Part shown: positions 19,340-28,937 of the stretch, piece after piece
How the letters are laid out: each line of letters opens with the position of its first letter
Numbering within the stretch: the stretch's first letter is position 1
Assembly (NCBI GenBank): GCA_015233115.1
Contig: JADFYJ010000011.1
Coordinates: 17,824 to 81,823, forward strand
Origin: Candidatus Omnitrophota bacterium
Lineage (GTDB): Bacteria > Omnitrophota > Gorgyraeia > Zapsychrales > Zapsychraceae
Direction: 5' to 3'
DNA length: 64,000 bases
Made by a program: the position numbers and the translations under genes
The notes under the pieces: generated by a model
Told to the model about the DNA's origin: nothing
Database searches by the model: none
What the model saw: only the letters and a program-made list of their open reading frames with translations

Positions 19340-20308
19340 TTACTTCCACACACCAGGAATCACTTCTCCACAAAAGCCACATATTCCACTTTTTAAATTA
19401 TAACGCAAAATCTGATATCCATCACGTTCAATAATTACGTTTTTGCATTGTGGACAATAGGTGTTATTCCCTGGATGGCCTGGGACATTACCGATATAAA
19501 CATAATGCAGGCCTTTATTTTTAGCTATGTCCCAAGCTCGAGTCATAGTTTCAACTGGAGTCGGGGGTAAATTGGCTAATTTGTGCATAGGCCAGAATTT
19601 TGAAAAATGCAGAGGCACATCCGGCCCTAATTCATTCATGACCCAGGAACACAATAAATCCAGGTCTTTTTCTGCATCATTCCACGTTGGCACGATGAGG
19701 TTGACCAGCTCCATCCAAACTTTGCTTTTGTGGATAGTTTTAATGCTATCCAGAACAGGCTGTAAAGTTGCCTCCGCCATTTTTTGGTAAAATTTATCGG
19801 TGATCCCTTTGAAGTCAACTTTGATGGCATCCACGTAAGGGAAGAGATCTAGGAGTGGCTGTTGTTCAATATATCCGGCAGTAATAAAAACACTGCGTAC
19901 CTTATTTTGTTTGGCGAGTTTGGAGGTGTCATACGCGTATTCATAAAATATGACTGGATCAGAATAAGTAAACGCGATGCTTTGGCATCCAGTGCGGATG
20001 GCTTCATCAACGACGGCTTGAGGGGGCAGATCAGAGCTCTCTACTTCTTCAGGTTTGCGTTGTGAAATTTCCCAGTTTTGGCAATATTGACAATGTAGAT
20101 TGCACCCGGCTGTGGCGAGAGAAAACGCTTTGCTTCCGGGCAGAAAATGGAAAAGGGGTTTCTTTTCAATGGGATCCACATGCACAGCGCAAGGATTGCC
20201 ATAGACCAGAGTTTTTAATTCTCCGTCCAGATTCATGCGGGCTAGGCAGTTGCCTCGTTCTCCAGGATTCATCCGGCAATGCCGGGGACAAAGATGACAT
20301 TCAATCAT
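19340..20308 (-). CDS. AmmeMemoRadiSam-system-type radical SAM enzyme (PflA-like activase family)
   Basis: It has an N-terminal CxxCxxxC zinc-ribbon-like cluster, the DPIEKKPLFHF motif and the radical SAM motif CNLHCQYCQN. No AmmeMemo or AMMECR1 partner genes are in the window. Confidence 0.75.
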   Translation of the reverse strand: MIECHLCPRHCRMNPGERGNCLARMNLDGELKTLVYGNPCAVHVDPIEKKPLFHFLPGSKAFSLATAGCNLHCQYCQNWEISQRKPEEVESSDLPPQAVVDEAIRTGCQSIAFTYSDPVIFYEYAYDTSKLAKQNKVRSVFITAGYIEQQPLLDLFPYVDAIKVDFKGITDKFYQKMAEATLQPVLDSIKTIHKSKVWMELVNLIVPTWNDAEKDLDLLCSWVMNELGPDVPLHFSKFWPMHKLANLPPTPVETMTRAWDIAKNKGLHYVYIGNVPGHPGNNTYCPQCKNVIIERDGYQILRYNLKSGICGFCGEVIPGVWK

Positions 20309-20315
20309 AATTTAT

Positions 20316-20518
20316 GGCATGTAGTATGTGGTATGTCGTATGTAGTGAAACGACTGATTTAAAAAATTTAAATATATATAACAAAAGCGAATAATCATAA
20401 AAAATAATATGGTTATCTTTTCACTTTAAAAATTTTAAATAACTAATCTGATTTTTGCTCTTTTTTATTTGGTTTTGTTTTTTTTACCACATACGACATA
20501 CTATATACTACATACTGC
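20316..20518. repeat. inverted pair of GTATGTR heptamer arrays (20316-20347 and 20486-20518) bracketing a 138-nt AT-rich spacer
   Basis: The left arm is ggcatgtagtatgtggtatgtcgtatgtagtg. The right arm is accacatacgacatactatatactacatactgc, the reverse complement. Confidence 0.8.
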
Positions 20519-21833
20519 TTTTCCAATATTTCGCTGTTTGCGGTTTTATGCCATGTTGTTTCAAATTATTTTCTATTTTATCACTATCCAGTTTTTGTAC
20601 CATAATCACTTGGTGCTGATTTTGCGAAATGATGCGGATATTCGCGTTTATGGTCAGAAGAATAAAGACTATTGTGACACTGTAGAATAACCAGAACAGC
20701 CACAACTTTTGTTTTTGTTGATTGTTTATATTCTTTTTCGCCGCAGATAAGCGTTTTGCAACAGTCCCTTGAATAAGATCTTGAAATGCTCCGAAGGGGC
20801 AGAAGATTCTGCACCAAAATCTATAAATAAAAAATGACGCGATCAATAAAATTCCCACGAAAAGCATGCTCCATAAGAATTTATGTCCCGCGAATAGAAG
20901 AATATAAGGTTCCACTGTGACGACATCAGTATTACGGTACAAAAATATGAGGATAATAATGCTTAATAAAATCAAATATTTTGTTAATGAGGATTTTGGG
21001 GCGATCGGGAAAGGCCGGATGCGTAATTTTAAGCGGGCGGCATTGGCCATATCCTGCACTGCCAGAAACGGGCATATACTGGCGCAATAAACATTTTTGT
21101 AAAAAAGCAAAGTCAGAATATTTAAACTGATCAACATCCACCAAAGGGGATTATCGGAAAAATTGGGCAAATGTCCAAGGCCGATGTTTCCTAAAGTGAT
21201 GATAGAAAGCATGGAGCCTTTTAATATTCCGAGATAAAAAAGCGCTATTATCATGGTTGTCCATCTGAGGAACTGACTGGCGCGTACAACAGCCGAAATA
21301 GCGAGTATATACAATAGCAGGGGAATGGCCAGTTCCACAGCAGAAGCCGTATGATGTGTTTTATGCACTGCTGCCGCGGGGTTCATGGTTTGTTGAATTT
21401 TTTGAATGCCTTGGTCTATGGAGGACGTAAAGGCTCGGCTTGAGATGGTGGCATGGGTCATGGCATCAATGTCGTGACCGATTTCAAAGTGATCTCCGTT
21501 TGATTTTCCGATAAACTGGGCAAAAAATTTATTAAGTTGGTATCCCACATAAGAATAGGTTTCTTTATGGTCCAGCATTTTGACTTCAAGAATTTTATAA
21601 TTTTTGTCTAGGGTGACGTGAATGCGGAAATGTCCTCCGTAGCCTTGAATATCTGGGTTCATTTCATCCGTATAAAAGGAAAATCCCGTAAGATTTTTTT
21701 GTGAATCGAAAAGTTTGGTAAAAGGTTGGAGTGAGGGGGAAAACGTGTGTATTTTTTTAAAGGGATACAATATGGAGAAGCCAGTTACAAAAATGAGAAG
21801 GATTATAATTGGCCGAATAAAAGTTTTATACAT
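20508..21833 (-). CDS. NosR/NirI/NapH-like membrane protein with FMN-binding domain and two CxxxCP iron-sulfur motifs
   Basis: It has an N-terminal TM helix and an FMN_bind-like region (GYGGHFRIHV). The TM domain carries CASICPF and CRIFCPF. Confidence 0.55.
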   Translation of the reverse strand: MYKTFIRPIIILLIFVTGFSILYPFKKIHTFSPSLQPFTKLFDSQKNLTGFSFYTDEMNPDIQGYGGHFRIHVTLDKNYKILEVKMLDHKETYSYVGYQLNKFFAQFIGKSNGDHFEIGHDIDAMTHATISSRAFTSSIDQGIQKIQQTMNPAAAVHKTHHTASAVELAIPLLLYILAISAVVRASQFLRWTTMIIALFYLGILKGSMLSIITLGNIGLGHLPNFSDNPLWWMLISLNILTLLFYKNVYCASICPFLAVQDMANAARLKLRIRPFPIAPKSSLTKYLILLSIIILIFLYRNTDVVTVEPYILLFAGHKFLWSMLFVGILLIASFFIYRFWCRIFCPFGAFQDLIQGTVAKRLSAAKKNINNQQKQKLWLFWLFYSVTIVFILLTINANIRIISQNQHQVIMVQKLDSDKIENNLKQHGIKPQTAKYWKSSM

Positions 21834-21909
21834 AATTGTCAGTTTTCGATAAAGGTTTATGTATAATGTAGAAGAAAAAAAATTATAGGTAAAGTAATAT
21901 TTTCAGACC

Positions 21910-23961
21910 ATGACAAATTTTCTCCATAAAATTAATTTCTCGCCGATAATCCAGCCCGTTATTTTTTTTCTGCTTTGTTTTTCGCTTTGGATTTTCTTAA
22001 TGAAGCCTTTTTGCTTTGAGACCCTAAAATGGGGAGAAGAGGCATCGGTTTACCGTGACCATACGCAGGAATTCGTACAGTCATTAAGTCAGGGAGTATA
22101 TCCATTATGGACCAGGACTTACGCGTCCGGCGTTCCTAATGAGTTTTTTTTAAGAAGGATCGGCGATTTTAATCCGGTCTATGTTGCCATGGCAATTTTA
22201 GTTAAAGCAGGTATGCCGTTTAAAATGATTTATACCGGATTTTTATGTTTGTATTATTTTCTGGGTGTTATTGGTTTTTATATGTTCGCCCGATTGATTT
22301 TTCATGATCGATCATGGGCCATGATCGCGGCTGCGGGATTATTATTTTCTTCCTGGAGTTTTACGCTGGCGTATACCTATATGCTGCTTATTTTTACTCC
22401 GGGCGTATGGTTTTTTTATTTCTTTTTTTTATTTTGGAAAAGTCCGGCTAAAAATTCTTTGCTGGGGTGTGTTTTTTGCGCGATGATTCTTTTGACGACT
22501 TATATTCCGATTTATTTTTTATTAATTGCTTTGGCTGTTTGTGTTTTTACTGTGCTTTTTTATGGGAAAGAATACGGACTGTACATAGCTAATGGATTTC
22601 ATTATTTGAAACACCATTTTGTTTTGACGATTGTTTGCGCGGCAGCTTTAGTTTTTTCCGTGATCCCTTTGTTTAATTTATTTGAATCCGGCAAGCGGGG
22701 AGAGATTGTCATGCCTTATCGGAGTGAAAAATTGGCGGGGGATAATGGGTTTAAAGTTGGAACAAAAATATATAAAGAGGACGGGGTATTTACTTATTTA
22801 CGCCCATATCAAGTCATTCATAAAAAACAAGATTTAAAATTGGACTTATTTTATATTTCTCCTTTTTTTTATTTAGTTTTTATTTTAGGTTCATTCGTCC
22901 GTCTTAATAAGCGGATGTTGATTCTTTTTCTGATAGGGTTGATTTTTTTTATTTTCGGATCCACCGAAGCTTTTTCTTTGCGGCAATTTTTAACTCAGTA
23001 TATTCCGGTTTTAAGTTATTTTCGTAATCTCCGGTTTTTTGTCTGGCTGATTATTTTACCTATCATGATTTTACTGGCTGTTGAACAATTAAAAGTTTTG
23101 TGGCAGGAGATTCAGGACAGCGATCTCATACAGGCTAAGAAGTGGCTGTGGAAAATTTCTTTGGTGCATGTTTTGTTTGTGATTTTGCTGGTTGCGGTGC
23201 GGATTGATTTATGGTCAGTATATCTACTGGTCATTCTAAACTGGTTTTTTTGGTATGGGACCGTTGCAAAACGCCGATTGGATTATTATCAATTTTTTTT
23301 ATCGACTATTATAATCGCGGCGATTTTTTTGCATGCGGGGGAGTTGTTTACTCGGGTTTGGGCCGTGGAAAAACGGGAACAAAAAGTATCACAAGAATTA
23401 GGAAAGGTGACTGCTTTGCTTGCTCCGGCAGAGCTTTCCCAAAAAGCTTCGCCGATATTATATATTTCAACAGCTTATTTTAGCGCGTTTTATGTTTTGA
23501 CGGAGCCGCAAGTCAGGGATAAATATTTAAATGATCTTATTGCTGTGTATGACCGAACCTCCAGCTCAGGAAAATCCGCCAATGTTTTCGGCGATACAAA
23601 ATTGGAGAACGCCATTTTATCTTCAGATGTAAAGGGTGGTTTTCAACTATTCAAAACGGATGCGAATAGTTTTGATATTAAAACTCAATTCCAGGGCCCA
23701 CGGCTGTTAGTCATCAATGACGCTTATTTTCCGGGGTGGAAAGTATTTGTTAAAGGAGTTGAACAGCCGTTGCTGCGGGCGAATTACGCGTTTAAAGGGG
23801 TGTTTTTACCTGCCGGTGAAAACGAGGTCATTTTTAAATATCTTCCTGGGAAAGATATTGTGGTAAAAATTGTGAATTTTATATTTTTTTATGGAATCTT
23901 TTTCGTGTTATGCGCCAGAATAATTTTTTTCAGAGAGGACCGGGAAGATGTTAGGCTCTGA
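21910..23961 (+). CDS. large polytopic membrane protein, YfhO-like (putative glycosyltransferase)
   Basis: 683 aa with at least 12 TM helices and a C-terminal soluble beta-rich domain. It is transcribed divergently from the NosR-like gene. Confidence 0.4.
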   Translation: MTNFLHKINFSPIIQPVIFFLLCFSLWIFLMKPFCFETLKWGEEASVYRDHTQEFVQSLSQGVYPLWTRTYASGVPNEFFLRRIGDFNPVYVAMAILVKAGMPFKMIYTGFLCLYYFLGVIGFYMFARLIFHDRSWAMIAAAGLLFSSWSFTLAYTYMLLIFTPGVWFFYFFFLFWKSPAKNSLLGCVFCAMILLTTYIPIYFLLIALAVCVFTVLFYGKEYGLYIANGFHYLKHHFVLTIVCAAALVFSVIPLFNLFESGKRGEIVMPYRSEKLAGDNGFKVGTKIYKEDGVFTYLRPYQVIHKKQDLKLDLFYISPFFYLVFILGSFVRLNKRMLILFLIGLIFFIFGSTEAFSLRQFLTQYIPVLSYFRNLRFFVWLIILPIMILLAVEQLKVLWQEIQDSDLIQAKKWLWKISLVHVLFVILLVAVRIDLWSVYLLVILNWFFWYGTVAKRRLDYYQFFLSTIIIAAIFLHAGELFTRVWAVEKREQKVSQELGKVTALLAPAELSQKASPILYISTAYFSAFYVLTEPQVRDKYLNDLIAVYDRTSSSGKSANVFGDTKLENAILSSDVKGGFQLFKTDANSFDIKTQFQGPRLLVINDAYFPGWKVFVKGVEQPLLRANYAFKGVFLPAGENEVIFKYLPGKDIVVKIVNFIFFYGIFFVLCARIIFFREDREDVRL

Positions 23962-24886
23962 GGTAAAGTCTCCCAAATTGATGGGTAGCGTTTTGGCGCG
24001 GAAACCGCGGGGTTGGACGCTTTATTTAGCCTTGGCTATTTTTTTATTTTTATTCATGGACTGGAAAGGCGCCATGAACCAAGTTGATATCAAAATAATG
24101 AATGATTTAATACCGAGTTTTTATTATTTGAGAAATTATAAAGTTAGTGACGGAGAATTTGATCCGAATTATTTGTGGGTGTACATCCGGTATTACAATC
24201 AATTGAATAATATTATCAACTCCACGGATATTTCCAATATTTTGGGATATTTATATTTTTGGGATAAAGATTATAAAAAAGCGGAACAGTTTTATCAAAA
24301 AGCGATTAAGCAGGATCCAAAATTTTTTCTCCCGCAATTTAATTTGGCGGAATTGTATTACGATCGGGGAGATTATGTTAAGGCTTTGCCTTTGTTTAAA
24401 AAATGTTTATCTTTAGACCAGCGGCATGTTTTGATGAGATTAGGAAATTCCAAAGTTTATCAACAAATTTTTTATGGAACGGAAGCATGGGAAAAATTTT
24501 TAGTCCGGCGCGTTGATGAGGGATATGTATTAACTTATGAGCGGATCATTCAATGCTTCATTCAGCAGAAAGATTTTAATTCCGCGTTGAGATTTATTGA
24601 TAAAGCTGTATCAAAGGGTATGGAAAAATCGTTATTTTTTATTTATTATAAGGGAGTGGTTTTATTCAATTTGAATCGTTATAATGAAGCACTGGAGTGT
24701 TTTAAACATGTCTTGCAGCAAGATCCAAAGCATAAAGAATCGATGTTGGCGATTGCCCGGATTGCCGCGTTAATGGGTCAAAAAGAAGTAGAAACTGTAT
24801 ATGTACATCAAGCTTGGATGCTTCATCAATTGAAACAAGAGGATGATACAATCAGCAAATTGGGAAATGAACAAAGGATTTTTTAG
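23948..24886 (+). CDS. TPR repeat protein
   Basis: It has an N-terminal TM helix and TPR-like repeats (AEQFYQKAIKQDPKFFLPQFNLAELYYDRGDYVKALPLFKKCL). Confidence 0.6.
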   Translation: MLGSEVKSPKLMGSVLARKPRGWTLYLALAIFLFLFMDWKGAMNQVDIKIMNDLIPSFYYLRNYKVSDGEFDPNYLWVYIRYYNQLNNIINSTDISNILGYLYFWDKDYKKAEQFYQKAIKQDPKFFLPQFNLAELYYDRGDYVKALPLFKKCLSLDQRHVLMRLGNSKVYQQIFYGTEAWEKFLVRRVDEGYVLTYERIIQCFIQQKDFNSALRFIDKAVSKGMEKSLFFIYYKGVVLFNLNRYNEALECFKHVLQQDPKHKESMLAIARIAALMGQKEVETVYVHQAWMLHQLKQEDDTISKLGNEQRIF

Positions 24887-24900
24887 CCTAAAGAAGGTAA

Positions 24901-24923
24901 TAGGCGATAGGCTATAGGCAATG
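24901..24923. repeat. tandem heptamer array, ATAGGCN family
   Basis: The sequence taggcgataggctataggcaatg. A reverse-complement relative lies at about 340-365. Confidence 0.5.
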
Positions 24924-24946
24924 GTGTTAATATGATTGACGCTGTC

Positions 24947-24990
24947 GTAGGGGCGATCTCCTGATCGCCCGAAACAAAATTATCGCTTTT
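24947..24990 (+). repeat. REP-like hairpin-terminator element, direct copy
   Basis: The sequence gtaggggcgatctcctgatcgcccgaaacaaaattatcgctttt. Confidence 0.8.
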
Positions 24991-25026
24991 TTATTTTTAA
25001 AAAATTTAAATTAATTAGGTCTATAT

Positions 25027-25698
25027 ATGAAAAATTTGCGTGTGGTTTTGGGGATAATTCTTTTGATTGGCATAGGTTTTTGGGGATACCATGTTTTTAA
25101 AAGTTTTGCGGGCCGGGAAGACCTGTTAAAAACCATTATTAGCCGGTTAGAGGCAGATTCGCGAATTGCGGAAGTATTAGTGACGAGTGTGAAATATGAT
25201 GAAGTTCAGAAGAAAAATTTTACGACGATAAAATTTTTAGAATACGGGACCAGCGGGCAGGCGCTTGAACCTAAATATTATACTTTTTCTGGAAATATTA
25301 TTCAGTTTCAATCTCTCGTGATCAGGTTTAAAAATATTCATATACAGGAAGCGCATAAATTTAAAGATAAGAGCGCGTATATTTTTTGGAAAGTATTTAT
25401 GCTGGATGGCAAGAATACTCAAGAATTTGAAATTAATCCTGCCCGGCAGATTCCGGCTGGGTATAAAGTCACCCGCGACGCTTCTCCGTATGAAGGCGCT
25501 TTATGGGAAAAATTTTGGGATTATGCGTTGGATTCAAAAAAGTCGGATGAGGCGGGGATTAAAAACGCACAGATTGAAGCTCCGGGCACCATGTTTGTTC
25601 CGGGAAATTTATATAGTATTAAGATTGAGCATAACGGCGGAATGAGGATTGACGCTAGTCCTTTGCCAGGCATATTACGCGGCGAAAAAATTCCTTAA
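25027..25698 (+). CDS. hypothetical protein with N-terminal TM anchor
   Basis: 223 aa with no recognisable motif. Confidence 0.5.
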   Translation: MKNLRVVLGIILLIGIGFWGYHVFKSFAGREDLLKTIISRLEADSRIAEVLVTSVKYDEVQKKNFTTIKFLEYGTSGQALEPKYYTFSGNIIQFQSLVIRFKNIHIQEAHKFKDKSAYIFWKVFMLDGKNTQEFEINPARQIPAGYKVTRDASPYEGALWEKFWDYALDSKKSDEAGIKNAQIEAPGTMFVPGNLYSIKIEHNGGMRIDASPLPGILRGEKIP

Positions 25699-25757
25699 CC
25701 ATTCAATAATTTAAGATTTTTCTTGTTTTTTGCATCAGGGGTAAATAGAATAACGCA

Positions 25758-26138
25758 ATGACTCCCAAAGACATACGTAAAAAAATATTAGTGGTGGATG
25801 ATGATCGGATCGTTCTAAGAATTTTAGAATCTCGTCTGGTTGAAAATGGTTACGCGGTGACAGTCAGCGAACAAGCGGCAGAATGTCTGCAAATAGCGTT
25901 TAAGAAAAGACCGGATTTAATTATTTTGGATGTCATGATGCCAATTATTAATGGCTATAATTTTTGTAAGTTAGTCAAATCTGAAATAAAAAATCCTTCT
26001 ATTCCTATCATTTTTTTAACCTCCCGAGTTGAAGCGGAAGATAAATTGATCGGGTATGAAATGGGCGCGGATGCGTATTTAACCAAACCAGTTGAAATGA
26101 CCGCGTTATTGGCGAAGATTAAGGAATTAATAGGTTAG
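25758..26138 (+). CDS. stand-alone response regulator receiver (CheY-like)
   Basis: The sequence ILVVDDD...DLIILDVMMP...LTSR...GADAYLTKP carries the acid pocket and the conserved D and K residues. Confidence 0.8.
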   Translation: MTPKDIRKKILVVDDDRIVLRILESRLVENGYAVTVSEQAAECLQIAFKKRPDLIILDVMMPIINGYNFCKLVKSEIKNPSIPIIFLTSRVEAEDKLIGYEMGADAYLTKPVEMTALLAKIKELIG

Positions 26139-26150
26139 CGGGATAGAAAA

Positions 26151-26172
26151 GTCAGAAGTCAGAAGTCAGAAG
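26151..26172. repeat. tandem heptamer array, GTCAGAA family
   Basis: The sequence gtcagaagtcagaagtcagaag. The same family occurs at 52562 and 52704. Confidence 0.65.
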
Positions 26173-26267
26173 AAAAAGATGATTGATGAGAAAAATTTAT
26201 AATTTTTTTTATAATTTGTTGCGTTTTTATACAAAGTTGTTTTTTTAATTTTAATTGTTTTGCCACA

Positions 26268-26284
26268 GGCTACATACTACATGC
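26268..26284. repeat. short heptamer array, GTATGTR family (reverse orientation)
   Basis: The sequence ggctacatactacatgc lies upstream of mlaE. Confidence 0.4.
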
Positions 26285-26309
26285 TTGAGGCATCATATCT
26301 GGTGAGCTT

Positions 26310-27107
26310 ATGATTAATTTTTTGGAAAATATTGGACAATCACTTAAAGATTGGATCACAGTTTTTGTTGATATAACCAAGCTGTTTTTTGAAACTGTTT
26401 ATTGGGCAGTATTTGGAATATTTCATCATAAACCGGTCAATTTTAAAACTGTTTTTGAGCAGATGGTTTATATGGGCGTGCAGTCGGTTATGATTGTATT
26501 TTTTGTGACCTTTTTTACCGGCGTAGTTATTGCGATGCAATTAGCTCCGCAATTTCAAAAAATGGGAGCGGTTTTTTATGTATCAAGTATGGTATCCATC
26601 GCGATTTGTCGTGAATTGGGTCCGGTTTTGACGGCTTTAGTCATAGCCGGGCGTATAGGCGCGGCTATTACAGCTGAAGTCGGTTCCATGAAAGTTAATG
26701 AACAAATTGAAGCATTGGAAACAATGGGAATCAATCCAGTGCGGTATTTGGCGGTGCCAAAATTTTTAGCGCTTTTAGTTATGCTTCCGTGTTTAACGGT
26801 TTTGGGCGACGCTTCAGGTATGTTTGGCGGCTATGTGGTGGGAACCACCAGCTTGCATATTAATCCGGGCATGTATATACAAACCACGTTTAAGTTTTTA
26901 TCTCTGAAAGATATTTACACTGGCGTTTCCAAGCCTTTTGTGTTTGCTGCGATCATTTCTATGGTCGGGATATATCAGGGTTTTAAAACCAGAGGCGGAG
27001 CAGTCGGAGTGGGTAAAGCGACCACGACCAGCGTAGTGACCAGTTTTATTTTTATTATTATCGCGGATTGTGTTTTAACAGGGATTTATTTTTTTGTGAA
27101 GTTCTGA
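26310..27107 (+). CDS. mlaE: MlaE-family ABC transporter permease
   Basis: It carries the conserved block GPVLTALVIAGRIGAAITAEVGSMKVNEQIEALETMGINP. Confidence 0.85.
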   Translation: MINFLENIGQSLKDWITVFVDITKLFFETVYWAVFGIFHHKPVNFKTVFEQMVYMGVQSVMIVFFVTFFTGVVIAMQLAPQFQKMGAVFYVSSMVSIAICRELGPVLTALVIAGRIGAAITAEVGSMKVNEQIEALETMGINPVRYLAVPKFLALLVMLPCLTVLGDASGMFGGYVVGTTSLHINPGMYIQTTFKFLSLKDIYTGVSKPFVFAAIISMVGIYQGFKTRGGAVGVGKATTTSVVTSFIFIIIADCVLTGIYFFVKF

Positions 27108-27137
27108 TTTTGAGAATCCGTAGGATTCTCAAAATCA
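27108..27137 (+). promoter_or_regulatory. perfect 11-bp inverted repeat between mlaE and mlaF
   Basis: The sequence ttttgagaatcc-gtag-ggattctcaaaa is followed by a second GC hairpin (accccgaaggcttcagctctgaggggt). Confidence 0.5.
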
Positions 27138-27178
27138 CCCCGAAGGCTTCAGCTCTGAGGGGTTACCTTATAAGGCTA

Positions 27179-27976
27179 ATGCTTATGCAAGAAACAAATC
27201 AAAAATTTATATCGGTTCGGAATTTGATCAAAAAATTCGAAGGCCGAATTGTTTTGGATAATATCAATTTTGATATCCGTCAAGGCGAAATATTTGTCAT
27301 CGTCGGAGGCTCAGGCAGCGGGAAAAGTACGCTTTTGAGAACCATGACGGGAGCTATCAAGCCGGATCAGGGGGAAGTTTATTATAATGGAAAAGATATT
27401 CATTCTTTAAATGAAGAAGAAATGGATAAATTTAGAAAACGTTTTGGGATGAGTTTTCAGAATTCCGCTTTGTTAGATTTTTTAACAGTGGAAGAAAATG
27501 TCAGTTTGCCTATTTACGAACATACCCGCTTGGATGCCAAATTGATTGGTATCATCGCTCAGATGAAGTTAAAACTTGTAGGATTGCATGGATTTGAAAA
27601 TTTTCAAGTTAGTCAGCTTTCTGGGGGGATGAGAAAAAGGGTCGGCCTGGCGCGCGCTATTGCTATGGATCCGGAAATTGTGTTTTATGATGAGCCGACC
27701 GCGGGACTGGATCCGGTGGTTTGCGCGGTGGTTGATCAGCTGATTCTGGATTTAACTAAAAAATTAAATTTAACTTCCGTGGTCGTAACGCATAATATGG
27801 AAAGTGTGTTTCGCATAGCGGATCGTATTGCCATGCTCTATAAGGGTAAAATGCTGCAAGTCGGAACAAAGGATGAGATTAAAAATTCTAAAGATCCGAT
27901 TATTCAACAGTTTATTAAAGGTGAGATTGAAGGCCCGATTCATTTGAATGAAGATGTTATAAAAGACAGTATGTAG
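27179..27976 (+). CDS. mlaF: MlaF-family ABC transporter ATP-binding protein
   Basis: It has Walker A (GGSGSGKST), the signature LSGGMRKR and Walker B. I take the start at ATG 27179 (MLMQETNQ), because the ORF-track start 27068 would overlap mlaE. Confidence 0.85.
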   Translation: MLMQETNQKFISVRNLIKKFEGRIVLDNINFDIRQGEIFVIVGGSGSGKSTLLRTMTGAIKPDQGEVYYNGKDIHSLNEEEMDKFRKRFGMSFQNSALLDFLTVEENVSLPIYEHTRLDAKLIGIIAQMKLKLVGLHGFENFQVSQLSGGMRKRVGLARAIAMDPEIVFYDEPTAGLDPVVCAVVDQLILDLTKKLNLTSVVVTHNMESVFRIADRIAMLYKGKMLQVGTKDEIKNSKDPIIQQFIKGEIEGPIHLNEDVIKDSM

Positions 27977-27982
27977 CATGTG
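27957..27982. repeat. heptamer array, GTATGTR family, overlapping the mlaF stop codon
   Basis: In the sequence agtatgtagcatgtggtatgtgg, the TAG stop lies inside a repeat unit. Confidence 0.6.
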
Positions 27983-28039
27983 GTATGTGGTAAAAGCGAA
28001 TGGTTTGAAAAACGTACAATATATTCAGGAGAATGGGAT

Positions 28040-28744
28040 ATGAAATTGAATAACGAAATAAAAATTGGTGTCATGGTGACGGTTGTGGTGTTGATCCTTT
28101 TTGGATTGACCATAAAGTCAGGAAAATTCAATTTCTCGAGTAAAGGGTATAATGTGCTGGTTGATTTTAATAATGTTGACGGGGTGAATCTTAATTCTCC
28201 GGTTATGCTGAATGGATTTGAAGTGGGCTTGGTGCAGGATATTAAGATTAAAGAAGAGGGTGGAAAAACTAAAATCGAATTAATTTTATGGCTTAAGGAC
28301 GCGGTCAAAATTCATAGAAATACCAAGGCTATTGTTAAGTTGATGGGTTTTATGGGCGAAAAATATGTCGGGTTGATCGCGGGTAACGAAGGACCGTATC
28401 TGCAGAATGGCGATATGCTCGTTGGCCAGGATCCGACGAATTTCGAAGATTTAGTTAAAAATGGAACAGAAATTTCTTTGCAGGTTAAAGAAATTACGCA
28501 AAGGATCAATCAGCTCTTGGCGGATAATGGCACTAAAATAAATAGCATAATGACCAACGCGAATGACACGGTCAAAAATGTATCATCCATTTCCGCGAAT
28601 TTGGATCAGCGGCTGAAAGTTAATGAACAGAATGTGGATGTCATTTTAGGCAGTATGCGGGGTGTTGCTGTTAATTTGGAAGAAATGAGCTCGGATTTGA
28701 AGAAAAATCCGTGGAAGATTCTTTATAAGGGCAAAGAAAAATAA
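28040..28744 (+). CDS. mlaD: MlaD-family (MCE domain) periplasmic substrate-binding protein
   Basis: It has an N-terminal TM anchor (MKLNNEIKIGVMVTVVVLILF) followed by an MCE domain. The start is at 28040, in frame with ORF 27980. Confidence 0.8.
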   Translation: MKLNNEIKIGVMVTVVVLILFGLTIKSGKFNFSSKGYNVLVDFNNVDGVNLNSPVMLNGFEVGLVQDIKIKEEGGKTKIELILWLKDAVKIHRNTKAIVKLMGFMGEKYVGLIAGNEGPYLQNGDMLVGQDPTNFEDLVKNGTEISLQVKEITQRINQLLADNGTKINSIMTNANDTVKNVSSISANLDQRLKVNEQNVDVILGSMRGVAVNLEEMSSDLKKNPWKILYKGKEK

Positions 28745-28752
28745 AGCGTACA

Positions 28753-28875
28753 GCGCGCGGGTTGGGCGGTTTGCATTTAAACCAAATCCTTCGCTCAAAC
28801 AACCTTGGCGAAGCGCCAAGGAAACTCGCTCGGGGATTCGGTTTTAACGCCAACCTTTTGTATTGGCACGCGGTT
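28753..28875 (+). repeat. structured element of about 122 nt, copy 2
   Basis: It lies immediately after the mlaD stop codon. The central hairpin is ccttggcg-aag-cgccaagg. Confidence 0.8.
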
Positions 28876-28899
28876 ATTAACAATAACTTACTCTACCCC

Positions 28900-28928
28900 T
28901 TGATTTTTACAAATGTTTTAGTTAGAAT
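28900..28928 (+). promoter_or_regulatory. sigma70-like promoter for glyQS
   Basis: TTGATT, a 17-nt spacer and TAGAAT, ending 9 nt before the ATG. Confidence 0.45.
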
Positions 28929-28937
28929 ACCTCACCT

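Noticed and set aside
28745-28937. A T-box or other riboswitch leader upstream of glyQS.
   Set aside because: The structured sequence there is copy 2 of the 122-nt repeat family, also found after unrelated genes. It lacks a specifier-loop or T-box consensus, and the glyQS promoter lies downstream of it.
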